DNA from: Candidatus Thorarchaeota archaeon | GTDB taxonomy: Archaea; Asgardarchaeota; Thorarchaeia; Thorarchaeales; Thorarchaeaceae | DNA length: 29,454 bases | Assembly (NCBI GenBank): GCA_048882325.1 | Contig: JBHLRS010000015.1 | Span: 37,581 to 67,034 of the forward strand | Reading direction: 5' to 3' | Part shown: positions 9,099 to 18,238 of the stretch, piece by piece | How positions within the stretch are numbered: the stretch's first letter is position 1 | Layout: every line of letters starts with the position of its first letter | The notes under the pieces: model-generated | Databases searched by the model: none | Told to the model about the DNA's origin: nothing | What the model saw: only the letters and a program-made list of their open reading frames with translations | Made by a program: the position numbers and the translations under genes

Positions 9099-10532
9099 AT
9101 GATTACAGCGGTGACCAAGATTGTTGGAGATGATAGGGTCTCTGGCAAACCCGAGATACTAGAGAATTACACCGGAGATTTCTCTCCTTCATTAGTTGTC
9201 TGGCCAATGTCAACTGAAGAGATAGTTGAGATTATTTCTTGGGCCAACAAGAAATCAGTTGCACTTGTTCCAGTTAGTTCTGGAGGACCTAGGCGACGGG
9301 GTTCATCATTACCCAAAGTAAGGAATTCAGTAATCGTAGATTTAAGTAAGATGAATAGGATTCTTCGAGTTGACACTAAGAATAAGGTGGTCATGATTGA
9401 ACCTGGGGTTACATATGGACAACTTATTCCAGAACTCAAGAAGAACGGTCTACGGCCACTCATGCCCCTACTTCCAAAAGCTACCAAGTCCGTTTTGACT
9501 AGTTGTTTAGATCGAGAACCGACTACAATCCCACGATTTCATTGGGACCTCTCAGATCCATTGCTATGTACTGAAACTGTGTTTGGCTCAGGTGATACTT
9601 TACGTACAGGATCTGCTGCAGGTCCTGGCTCGATTGAGGAACAGTGGGCCTCAGGTCAAGCTCAGAAGAATCCTCAAGGACCTTCGCAGTTTGACCCCTT
9701 CAGGATTATTCAGGGGTCTCAAGGAACAATAGGAATCACAACCTGGATCACCATGAAATGTGAATTGCTCCCTGAGTTTCATCACATCTATCTTGCAGGT
9801 GCAGGGAGTCCGGGTGAATTTGAGGAGTTTAATCAAGCTCTTCTTCGTCGACGTCTAGTGGATGAGCATTTCATGATCAATTCTTCTGCTCTCTCAGCAG
9901 CTCTTAGGATGGAGAAAGAGATACCAACTTGGATCTTGGTTGTTGGAGTATCCGGACATGGAGTACTTTCCTCTGAAGAGATTCAATATCGATCTGATGA
10001 TACTTTGGACATTGCTCGAGGAATGAATATCGATCTCAGCACGTTTCTTGGAAACCTAACAGGAGAAGAGGTAGGCTCCATTCTAGATAGACCAAGTGGA
10101 AGAACTTACTGGAAATATGATAAGAGAGGTATCTGTAGAGAGGTCATTTTCACCACGACACTCGACCGAGTTAACCACCTATATACAGCTTTTACTCAGA
10201 TTGCTCATCATGTTGGGTTTCCCATCGAGCAGATTGGAGCATATATCCAACCAGTCGTGCAAGGAGTGATGGCTGAATGTATATTCGATCTTTATGGTAA
10301 TCCAGAGAACGCGGATGAAGCAAAATCCCTGAATGCACTCCTTCGAGATGGTAGGAAAAAGTTGCTTGATGAAGGTGCATTCTTCAGCAGGCCTTATGGT
10401 TCCATAACTGATTCAGTATTTGAAATTACTTCACCTGAGATGGTTAAAACGATCCAAAGCGTGAAGACGATTTTTGATCCCAATCATGTCTTGAATCCCG
10501 GCACTCTATGCTTCAAGGAGGTATCAAAATGA
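9099..10532 (+). CDS. FAD-binding oxidoreductase, VAO/PCMH (GlcD/GlcE-like) family
   Basis: PSLVVWP.STEE, VDLSKMNRIL.VD, IEPGVT, GSQGTIGITT, and C-terminal K..FDPNHVLNPG. Confidence 0.88.
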   Translation: MITAVTKIVGDDRVSGKPEILENYTGDFSPSLVVWPMSTEEIVEIISWANKKSVALVPVSSGGPRRRGSSLPKVRNSVIVDLSKMNRILRVDTKNKVVMIEPGVTYGQLIPELKKNGLRPLMPLLPKATKSVLTSCLDREPTTIPRFHWDLSDPLLCTETVFGSGDTLRTGSAAGPGSIEEQWASGQAQKNPQGPSQFDPFRIIQGSQGTIGITTWITMKCELLPEFHHIYLAGAGSPGEFEEFNQALLRRRLVDEHFMINSSALSAALRMEKEIPTWILVVGVSGHGVLSSEEIQYRSDDTLDIARGMNIDLSTFLGNLTGEEVGSILDRPSGRTYWKYDKRGICREVIFTTTLDRVNHLYTAFTQIAHHVGFPIEQIGAYIQPVVQGVMAECIFDLYGNPENADEAKSLNALLRDGRKKLLDEGAFFSRPYGSITDSVFEITSPEMVKTIQSVKTIFDPNHVLNPGTLCFKEVSK

Positions 10533-11800
10533 CTCTCGACAAGTTCGAAGAAATGATGGATAGCTGTGTCCGCTGTTCGAAGTGTAAATACATTCCACAG
10601 ATTGCCATCAGAAGTCAACGTTTCTCCCACATCTGTCCCTCCATCCAGTACTACAACTTCCATGCTTACTCAGGTGGTGGCAGGATGATTATGGCTAATG
10701 CCTATCACAAGGGACGACTTGAGTGGACCCAAGAGATGCTTGATATCCTCTACCAGTGTACGAACTGTGGTGGTTGCGAGGTTTCATGTAAGTGGGTATA
10801 TGACCTTGAGCCAAATGAGGTAATACACGAACTCAGGGTTCAGGCTGTCAAGTCTGGTGTTGGACCAATGCCAGCCCATAGGAAGTATATCGAACTTGTC
10901 AAGGGCGGCAAAAATCCCTACGGAGAACCCATTGAGAAACGAAGTGAATGGCTTACTGATGACATCGAGATTGATGAGAGTTCTTCGACCCTTTACTTTG
11001 TAGGGTGTACTGCATCACTCCGTAGAGAAGAGATTGCAATGAGTACTGCTAAGATCTTAAACATTGTCAATGAACCATTCAGAATCCTTGGGTCAGATGA
11101 GATGTGTTGTGGGAGTCCTGTGTATCGAGTAGGAGATAGACCGAGTGCAATTGAGATCATGAAGAAGAATATAGAGATTTTCAGGGAGCAGGGTATTGAG
11201 AGGATTATCACAAGCTGTTCTGGATGTTTCAACATGCTGAAAACAGAGTATCCTCGGTTTGTTGAACATGATTTCGAGGTTGTCCACACCTCACAGCTCA
11301 TTGAGCAACTTCTCATTGAAGAACGATTACGACCAATCAGAGAGGTTCCACTCAATGTCACCTATCATGACCCGTGTCATCTTGGTAGAATGTCCGAGCC
11401 ATATGAGCCCTATGAAGGTGAGAAGGTAGAGCTATTATCTCAAGTGTACATCTGGGATCCCCCAAAACCACTCAGACAAGGAACACATGGAGTCTATGAT
11501 GCTCCACGGTATGTTTTGAACCAACTCCCTGGTGTAGAATTCATCGAAATGGAGCGAATAAGAGAATACTCGTACTGTTGTGGTGCAGGAGCTGGATGCA
11601 AGTCCGCGTATCCTGACTTTGCTTTGTTTGCATCCAATGAAAGAGTAGAAGAGGCTGAATCTACGGGGGCTGAAGCTCTGATATCCACATGTCCCTTCTG
11701 CAAGACCAGCTTACAGGAAGCAATAATGACCGGGGAGAAACCTATGATCTTTCTTGACCTCACACAATTGGTGTTGAGAACACTGGAGGTGGATGAATAG
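10529..11800 (+). CDS. Fe-S oxidoreductase subunit, GlcF/GlpC/HdrD-like (ferredoxin domain + two CCG domains)
   Basis: CVRCSKC...CP, CTNCGGCEVSC, CCG...CSGC, YHDPCHLGR, CCGAGAG...CPFC. ATG 10529 (ATGA overlap) with SD GGAGGT preferred over 10508. Confidence 0.92.
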   Translation: MTLDKFEEMMDSCVRCSKCKYIPQIAIRSQRFSHICPSIQYYNFHAYSGGGRMIMANAYHKGRLEWTQEMLDILYQCTNCGGCEVSCKWVYDLEPNEVIHELRVQAVKSGVGPMPAHRKYIELVKGGKNPYGEPIEKRSEWLTDDIEIDESSSTLYFVGCTASLRREEIAMSTAKILNIVNEPFRILGSDEMCCGSPVYRVGDRPSAIEIMKKNIEIFREQGIERIITSCSGCFNMLKTEYPRFVEHDFEVVHTSQLIEQLLIEERLRPIREVPLNVTYHDPCHLGRMSEPYEPYEGEKVELLSQVYIWDPPKPLRQGTHGVYDAPRYVLNQLPGVEFIEMERIREYSYCCGAGAGCKSAYPDFALFASNERVEEAESTGAEALISTCPFCKTSLQEAIMTGEKPMIFLDLTQLVLRTLEVDE

Positions 11801-13384
11801 ATGCTAGAAGATAAAGTCTTCAATAGACTCAGCGCTGCAGTAGGAGAGCGCTATGCTACGCGATCACCAGCGATCCTTGACACTTATGCTTTCCAGTGGT
11901 GCTATGAGATTGAGAGTGTCCAGAGAGGTGATGAACCATCAAGATTTGGTATCCGTCCAGCGGCAGTGGTTCTACCAGAGACCACAGAACAAGTCCAGAA
12001 AATTGTTCGTATCTGCAACGAACATGATGTGAAGTTCAAACCCTTCAGTACTGGTATGGGTCCTTGGGCTGGGGTTTCTCATCCTCGGTCCATACAGATT
12101 GACCTCCGTCGAATGAACAAGATTGTTGAGGTAGATCCGAAGAACATGTATGTAGTCATTGAACCTTATGTCACCAATGCGGAGCTACAATCTGAGTTGT
12201 TCAAGTATGGTCTTATGCATCATGCACAAGGTGCAGGACCACAGACATCACCATTGGCTAGTCATACATCATTCGTAGGACCAGGGTTCACGTCACCATA
12301 TACTGGCTTTAGTGGTCGCAATCTTCTCGGAGCAGAGTGGGTGTTACCTAATGGTGAGCTTCTCAAGGTTGGCTCGTATGAGTACACCGGGAAATGGTTC
12401 AGCGGTGATGGTCCCGGATTCAGTTTGCGTGGTGTGATTCGAGGTTGGATGGGTGCTTATGGGGGACTTGGTGTTTTTACAAAGGCTGCTATCAAGCTCT
12501 ATTCTTGGCCAGCTCCGAAAGACTTCAAATGGGAGGTCAGTGGGACTGTGCCGCATTATAACTGGAAAGTCCCTCCACATTGGAAAATGTTCGTACTGAA
12601 TTTCCCTGAATGGGAACAGTTCGAACCTGCGTTCTATGAACTCAATGATCATGATGCAGTCATGATGGCGACCTGCTCCTCAGCTGAGGGTCTGGCTGGT
12701 CTTTTCACAGACACTAGGATGGAAGCGATTGAGACAATCTTTGGAGGATTGCTACTCAAAGCCAAGAGGTTCTTTATCGTCCTGGTGACTGCACACACAG
12801 AACGAGAGTTCAACTACAGAACGAAACTAATCCTGACAATTATGGAGAAGCACGGAGGGAATGATCTCATTGAGGATGGAGTGATCACTCCTAGAAATTC
12901 TCACTATGCAGAGTCCGTTCGGAATATGCTAGGTGGTCATGCATTTCGTTTCTCCAACTGTTTCCAGAGCACCCATGGTGGGATGGATACAATAGCACTC
13001 GCTGTAAAGATTGCAAAGGTCAATCAACCAATTAAATTCAAGTACATCGAAAAAGGAGTCATCGGAGATGATCGAGGCGAGGGTATCTGGACCACAGCTT
13101 ATGAAAGCGGTCATACAGCACACCTCGAGGTGCCTACTGTCTATAATGCGGCATCTGTTGACTCGTGCAAGGGATATGCAGAGTATCAGGACGAATGCAA
13201 TGAGGTTGACCTACAGAATGCGTTAGGTATGCCCTTCTTCATAGTTGGCGATAAAGTGCATGACAACTATGGTCCAAGGACTATGAATTATCCGAAGTGG
13301 TTGCGTAGGATTAAGACAACCTTTGACCCCAACAATGTCGGGGACTCAAGTCACTATATTTCTACACCAAAAAGCGAGGAATGA
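11801..13384 (+). CDS. Second FAD-binding oxidoreductase, VAO/PCMH family
   Basis: PAAVVLPETTEQVQKIV..CN, IDLRRMNKI.EVD, IEPYVT, LGAEWVLPNGE, GGLGVFTK, IK.TFDPNN. Start immediately follows the upstream TAG; SD GGAGGTG. Confidence 0.9.
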   Translation: MLEDKVFNRLSAAVGERYATRSPAILDTYAFQWCYEIESVQRGDEPSRFGIRPAAVVLPETTEQVQKIVRICNEHDVKFKPFSTGMGPWAGVSHPRSIQIDLRRMNKIVEVDPKNMYVVIEPYVTNAELQSELFKYGLMHHAQGAGPQTSPLASHTSFVGPGFTSPYTGFSGRNLLGAEWVLPNGELLKVGSYEYTGKWFSGDGPGFSLRGVIRGWMGAYGGLGVFTKAAIKLYSWPAPKDFKWEVSGTVPHYNWKVPPHWKMFVLNFPEWEQFEPAFYELNDHDAVMMATCSSAEGLAGLFTDTRMEAIETIFGGLLLKAKRFFIVLVTAHTEREFNYRTKLILTIMEKHGGNDLIEDGVITPRNSHYAESVRNMLGGHAFRFSNCFQSTHGGMDTIALAVKIAKVNQPIKFKYIEKGVIGDDRGEGIWTTAYESGHTAHLEVPTVYNAASVDSCKGYAEYQDECNEVDLQNALGMPFFIVGDKVHDNYGPRTMNYPKWLRRIKTTFDPNNVGDSSHYISTPKSEE

Positions 13385-14466
13385 CAATGAAAGACATTAT
13401 CAGTAAAAACGTTAGTGAAGGCTGGACGGGTCCTGGGAGGCGTGACGGTTCTATAGTTCCAATGGATCCAGAGGATGATGCATTACATATCGACGTTGGT
13501 AAAAAGAACCAGTTTGAATGGTGGTACTTTGATGCTCATCTTGATGGTGGCTACACTCTTGTTGCCTTTTTCCATGCAGGTAATCCGAATCCCGGACCAA
13601 CATCTGGTAAGGTAGGTGTAGAGCTTGTTCTCCTAAGACCCGATGGTAGAAAAACTCAGAAATTCGTGAAATATGACAAGTCTGAATTTTCTGCATCAAG
13701 AGAGAAAGCAGATGTTAAAATTGGTAATAACTATATGAGGGTCGATTACAATAAAGGCGACCTTCCGGTGTATGAACTTCATCTTGATGAGGGGGAGCTT
13801 GCTTTCGATCTTACCTACACTTGTGAAGTGAAACCTTGGAAGCCAGGAAATGGATTCATTCACTTTCATGAGAAGGACTTCCTTACTTGGATTGTTCCCT
13901 TTGCAAGGGCATCAGTAAAAGGAACTATCCGCGACGGTGAGCAGACAATGTCTGTCACTGGTGTAGGGTATCATGACCATAATTGGTTGAATTTCTCCTT
14001 TCAAAGTATTATTGAGTATTGGATGTGGGGTCGATTATATACAGACAATTTCACCGTTTCTTATGCATTCATTCAATGCAATGAGAAAGTCGATAATCAC
14101 CAGATTAAGGTCCTACTACTTGCAAAAGGCCAAGAACCGATTCTTAGTACTGGTGATTTCGAATTTGCAATTGATGATTTTGAGTATAATGATAGTGCAA
14201 AACATAGCTATCCACACAATCTCAGAATCCGTGTCCCTGATGAAATGGAAGCCAGTCTTAAAGTATCCAAGATTCTTGAGGCTGTAGACATGCTGGATAA
14301 TTTCAATCCAGTTCTTCGGTTTTTAGCGAAAAATCTCCTTCGTATGAAACCAGGCTACTTCCGTCTTCTCTCCAACTTTGAACTTGAAGTGCATCATCAA
14401 GGTCAAGCCTACAAAGAAACCGGATCTACACTCCACGAGATCGTATTATTCAAGTCTGCTGAATAA
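13381..14466 (+). CDS. CrtC/AttH-like (lipocalin-like double beta-barrel) hydratase/cyclase-fold protein
   Basis: FEWWYFDA, GYHDHNW and W.WGR motifs, characteristic of the hydroxyneurosporene synthase / kievitone hydratase / AttH-like superfamily. ATGA overlap with the upstream gene. Confidence 0.75.
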   Translation: MTMKDIISKNVSEGWTGPGRRDGSIVPMDPEDDALHIDVGKKNQFEWWYFDAHLDGGYTLVAFFHAGNPNPGPTSGKVGVELVLLRPDGRKTQKFVKYDKSEFSASREKADVKIGNNYMRVDYNKGDLPVYELHLDEGELAFDLTYTCEVKPWKPGNGFIHFHEKDFLTWIVPFARASVKGTIRDGEQTMSVTGVGYHDHNWLNFSFQSIIEYWMWGRLYTDNFTVSYAFIQCNEKVDNHQIKVLLLAKGQEPILSTGDFEFAIDDFEYNDSAKHSYPHNLRIRVPDEMEASLKVSKILEAVDMLDNFNPVLRFLAKNLLRMKPGYFRLLSNFELEVHHQGQAYKETGSTLHEIVLFKSAE

Positions 14467-14541
14467 TATCGGATACTGATGCACTATGACATGAATCCAC
14501 TTGGGTTCGTTGAGAAGAAAGAAGGAGTGTCAGACGATTTC

Positions 14542-15831
14542 TTATACAAACTCATCTGGAGACGCATGAACCTCTGAATCTATCTCTAACTCCATCATTT
14601 TGTCAATCTGAGCCTCAAGATTCTCGAGCACTGAACAAGACCCCTTTGAAAGAATTTCTTCAACAGTTTCTACCATTGAGCTATCAATCATAAGGTGTTG
14701 ATTTAATTCACCCTCCGCTTGAAGTTTCGAGAGATTGCCAACACCTTTCTCTATTCTTGCCGCGAGTTCCCAGTAAGGCTTGGATGCTTTTCGAGGCATA
14801 CCAAAGAATATGTTCATACGAAAGACTATGTCTAGTAACACGCCAAGGACTCGATTGTTGGATTCGAACTCGTGTGGTATCTTATGCCGAACAGATCGGT
14901 CACGGACTCCAAACTCTTTGCAGACATTGCGTCCTTGCACCATCACATTTGCTGGTAATCGTTTCCAGATAGGTTGACCATATGTATTGTTGTTTTCATA
15001 GATTCTTTTCATTGTGTTGTAGTTGTCAGGATATCTTCTATTTATGACTCGCATGAAGTACTCTTTCTGGCGACCCGGTTTGAGAGTCATACTTCCAAAC
15101 TGAATAAACTCACCATTTGCAGATTTTGTGGCCTTCACAAGTTCTGTCATGTTCTCGATGTTGTCTCCAATGGTTGGTATGATTGGAGTTGCCATTACCC
15201 CTCCGTAAAGGCCTTCTCTACGAATCTCTTTTAGTGCGGCAAACCTCTCTGAGCTTGTTGATGCCTTTGGTTCAAATACCCTTTGAACCTCATCATTTGC
15301 ACAAGTTATTGTGAAGACTATGTTTGCAAAGGCTCTTTCGTGAATCTCTTTCAAGAGGTCCATATATTCCAAAACCAGATCGGATTTTGTCAGGATGAAT
15401 ACAGGCAATCCATAATCCAGCAGAGTTTCGAGAATTCGATATGTTACTTTGTGCTTTCTTTCTGCTTGTTGAAACCCATCACTGACGCCCCCACATGCAC
15501 CAATTACAAGTTTGCGTGGGACTTTTTCTGCCATCCGTTTGGCATCCTCTTCATCAAGAAAGGACCACAGGGTTTCAGTTTCCAACTCAGACCTTGAGGT
15601 ATAGCCTAATTTCTTCAGTTCCTTTCTAAGAATTTGATCTGCATTCTCTTTTACTCTGATATGAGAGTAGAAATTATCGACATGATAGTACTCTGAGTTA
15701 CCATCACAATAGACACAGCCATGTTCACACCCTCGATATGCATTTAGACTTCGGTTCATGTGGAACCAACTATCTGCAACATGTGGTTTTGATAGCAGAG
15801 TTCTTGCCTTTACACACTCATATCGCATCAT
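14542..15831 (-). CDS. Radical SAM protein, SplB/Rv2578c-like, with C-terminal PolX-N-like helical domain
   Basis: LNAYRGCEHGCVYC (CxxxCxxC), IRVKENA, ILTKSDLV, FEP.A....RF, PIIP.I.D. Confidence 0.88.
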   Translation of the reverse strand: MMRYECVKARTLLSKPHVADSWFHMNRSLNAYRGCEHGCVYCDGNSEYYHVDNFYSHIRVKENADQILRKELKKLGYTSRSELETETLWSFLDEEDAKRMAEKVPRKLVIGACGGVSDGFQQAERKHKVTYRILETLLDYGLPVFILTKSDLVLEYMDLLKEIHERAFANIVFTITCANDEVQRVFEPKASTSSERFAALKEIRREGLYGGVMATPIIPTIGDNIENMTELVKATKSANGEFIQFGSMTLKPGRQKEYFMRVINRRYPDNYNTMKRIYENNNTYGQPIWKRLPANVMVQGRNVCKEFGVRDRSVRHKIPHEFESNNRVLGVLLDIVFRMNIFFGMPRKASKPYWELAARIEKGVGNLSKLQAEGELNQHLMIDSSMVETVEEILSKGSCSVLENLEAQIDKMMELEIDSEVHASPDEFV

Positions 15832-16001
15832 GAATCACACACATTAGTAGGGTAGAAGGATTCAACTGTTGTCATTTTACTACCATCAAGGACATAATCC
15901 TTTGGTGACATTGTGTTGGTAGATACTCTACACATCTTAAAAATCGAATGAAGACTAGCTACATTATTTTATGTGGAACTATGTAGACAATTTGAGAGCA
16001 G

Positions 16002-17741
16002 GTGTTCCCGGTGACTGATGAGAATCGCGATATCTCGTGGCTGCACAAGGTTATGGAGGTAGTCAGGGATGGTTTTATTGTGATTCAAGATGAAGACATC
16101 ATCCTCACCAATTCTGCCTTTTCTGATATGTTAGGATACGAGAAGGATGAATTGCTGGACACCGCATTTGAGGATCTTGTTGATTCAGTTTCAAAGAGAA
16201 GAGATCAGGATATGATTGAAGCCCTTGTCACTGGTGAGCATGCAACACGTTTCATCACTCGTCTGAATGCAAAGAATAACGATGTTCTACATGTTGAAAT
16301 AACACCAACTGAGATTAAACTAGAAGGAGAACCAGCGATTATTGCGACCGTCCGGGACATCACTTCCCAGATGGAACTAGAGGCTGCTGTGACAGAACTG
16401 GAGAACAGGTTTGCTACTCTATATGATATGTCACCTGTGGCATACTTGACCTTGAATCGTAATGGAATAATAGAGCAGGTCAATGCGGCAGCTGAGAGTC
16501 TACTCGGTTGTGAAGCTGATTATCTCATTGGAAAGTCCCTCTCAGAGTTCCTCCCAGCTCCAGAACCACAGTATGACCCTGGTGCAGACATAGTACGGGA
16601 AGCTCTGCGCGGCAAGGGGGTAAATGGTCTAGAGATTCAAATGAAACGTGGTGATGACAAAATCATATGGGTCAATATTTCTTCCAGTCCACTCAATTCA
16701 GGAACTGAAAAGGTCAGTGAAATTGGACTTACTGCCTTTGATGTGACAACTCGACGTGGAGTTGAACAAAGGCTTCGACATGAGAGTGAGAGAGCGAACT
16801 TGTACATGGAGGTCATGAGTAGTGATCTAAACATGACCAACCAGAATGTTCTCTTTGCTATGGAAGATCTTTCTATCTCACTTGATCTCCCTGACCGCCT
16901 CCAGGGTTTGTTAAGTGAAACCTCATGGAGCGTTCGTAGTGCAGGTAGAATGATTGCCAACATGGGTGTCTTGATTTCGCTGGGTCAAGCACCACCAGAG
17001 AAGATTGAGACCAAACTCCAACCGCACTATAACAAAGCCGTTAGAGAAGCGACTCGTGACTTTTCCTGGAAGACCTTGAATATTACTTCGAACATTCCTA
17101 AGCAATCTTTTGATGTTGTAGGACATGCATTCCTCTGGTATGTCTTCTTCAACATCATTCATTATTGCGCAAGCTCTGACCCCAACACAACCGTAGAGCT
17201 TGAAATTAAAGCGGACATCACTGAAGATGGTGATATGGTCCGGATAGAATTCTTGGACAGTGGCCCTGGTATCCCTGATGAACTTAAGGATCAGATTTTC
17301 AGACGAACTGGAGATTCAGAAGAACAACTAGCAGGCAAAGGTCTCGGCTTGACAGTAGTTGACAGATACATAGACCATCTTGGAGGGAGAGTCTGGGTTG
17401 AAGACAGAGACCCCAAAGATCTCTCTAAAGGTAGCAAGTTCATAGTTCTTATCCCGGCTTGGAAAGAGGAGCTCAAGATACCTCCTATCATCTTTTACAA
17501 ATCGGTTCATTGTGTATTTTGTGGGCCTGTATTGGAGTCACTGACCTCGGTCTTGTCCGAGATGAACATAAGTCCATCAAACATTCACATCATCAATGTG
17601 GATGATCCTACTTCGGAGGTCACTGAAGACGAGCTACCAGCACTTCCTACGATTAACATGGGTAATAAGCAACTTGCGGGATTCATCTCAGAGGATGACC
17701 TGAGGGTCGAAGTAACATCCATGCTTCTGATGTCTGGTTGA
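16002..17741 (+). CDS. PAS-PAS histidine-kinase-like protein lacking the phospho-His, with C-terminal thioredoxin-like (CVFC) domain
   Basis: Two PAS/PAC units (N.AF..MLGY...EL / RDIT; VNAAAE.LLG / DVT). Degenerate H-box MSSDLN, G1 DSGPGI, G2 GKGLGL. Tail FYKSVHCVFC...INVDD...LPT...G. GTG start. Confidence 0.85.
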   Translation: MFPVTDENRDISWLHKVMEVVRDGFIVIQDEDIILTNSAFSDMLGYEKDELLDTAFEDLVDSVSKRRDQDMIEALVTGEHATRFITRLNAKNNDVLHVEITPTEIKLEGEPAIIATVRDITSQMELEAAVTELENRFATLYDMSPVAYLTLNRNGIIEQVNAAAESLLGCEADYLIGKSLSEFLPAPEPQYDPGADIVREALRGKGVNGLEIQMKRGDDKIIWVNISSSPLNSGTEKVSEIGLTAFDVTTRRGVEQRLRHESERANLYMEVMSSDLNMTNQNVLFAMEDLSISLDLPDRLQGLLSETSWSVRSAGRMIANMGVLISLGQAPPEKIETKLQPHYNKAVREATRDFSWKTLNITSNIPKQSFDVVGHAFLWYVFFNIIHYCASSDPNTTVELEIKADITEDGDMVRIEFLDSGPGIPDELKDQIFRRTGDSEEQLAGKGLGLTVVDRYIDHLGGRVWVEDRDPKDLSKGSKFIVLIPAWKEELKIPPIIFYKSVHCVFCGPVLESLTSVLSEMNISPSNIHIINVDDPTSEVTEDELPALPTINMGNKQLAGFISEDDLRVEVTSMLLMSG

Positions 17742-17767
17742 TGCCAAACAGTTGAATTCATTTGTGA

Positions 17768-18238
17768 ATGCATCTATCTACAACAAAACAGGTGAGCCAA
17801 GTGGAGTTTAGAATCCGATCTATCGGTCATGTGGAGAAAAGGGATGATAACATATATCTCGTCATCAGTCCAGAGTTTTGGGATGCGACAGTTCACATTG
17901 ACTACTTTTCACATCTAATCGTTCTTTGGTGGATCCATGAACGCGATACAGAGGAGGACCGGAGCACATTACTAATGTATCCTCCCAAGAACAAAGGCGA
18001 CGAAGCCTCAGGAGCTTTCTCATGCAGATCCCCAGCGAGACCTAATCCAATAGGTCATACTATTGTCAAATTACTCTCAGTAGATAACCAAAACAAGCGG
18101 CTTAAGATAGACCATATGGATGCAAACGATGGCTCTCCCATCATTGATATCAAACCATACTTACCCACCTCAGATCGGGTGGATGACGCTCGTGTAGCTC
18201 CTTGGTTTGACACTTTAGAACCGCGTTACACTACTTAG
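17768..18238 (+). CDS. trmO: TrmO/TsaA-family tRNA (m6t6A37) methyltransferase-like protein
   Basis: FSHLIVLWW.H, GAFSCRSPARPNPIG, D..DGSPIIDIKPY. The true start may be GTG at about 17792-17801. Confidence 0.88.
   Translation: MHLSTTKQVSQVEFRIRSIGHVEKRDDNIYLVISPEFWDATVHIDYFSHLIVLWWIHERDTEEDRSTLLMYPPKNKGDEASGAFSCRSPARPNPIGHTIVKLLSVDNQNKRLKIDHMDANDGSPIIDIKPYLPTSDRVDDARVAPWFDTLEPRYTT

Noticed and set aside
14491-14510. Hairpin ATGAATCC-ACTT-GGGTTCGT between convergent genes as a terminator
   Set aside because: The stem relies on two G-U pairs and has no U-tract on that strand; too weak to call.
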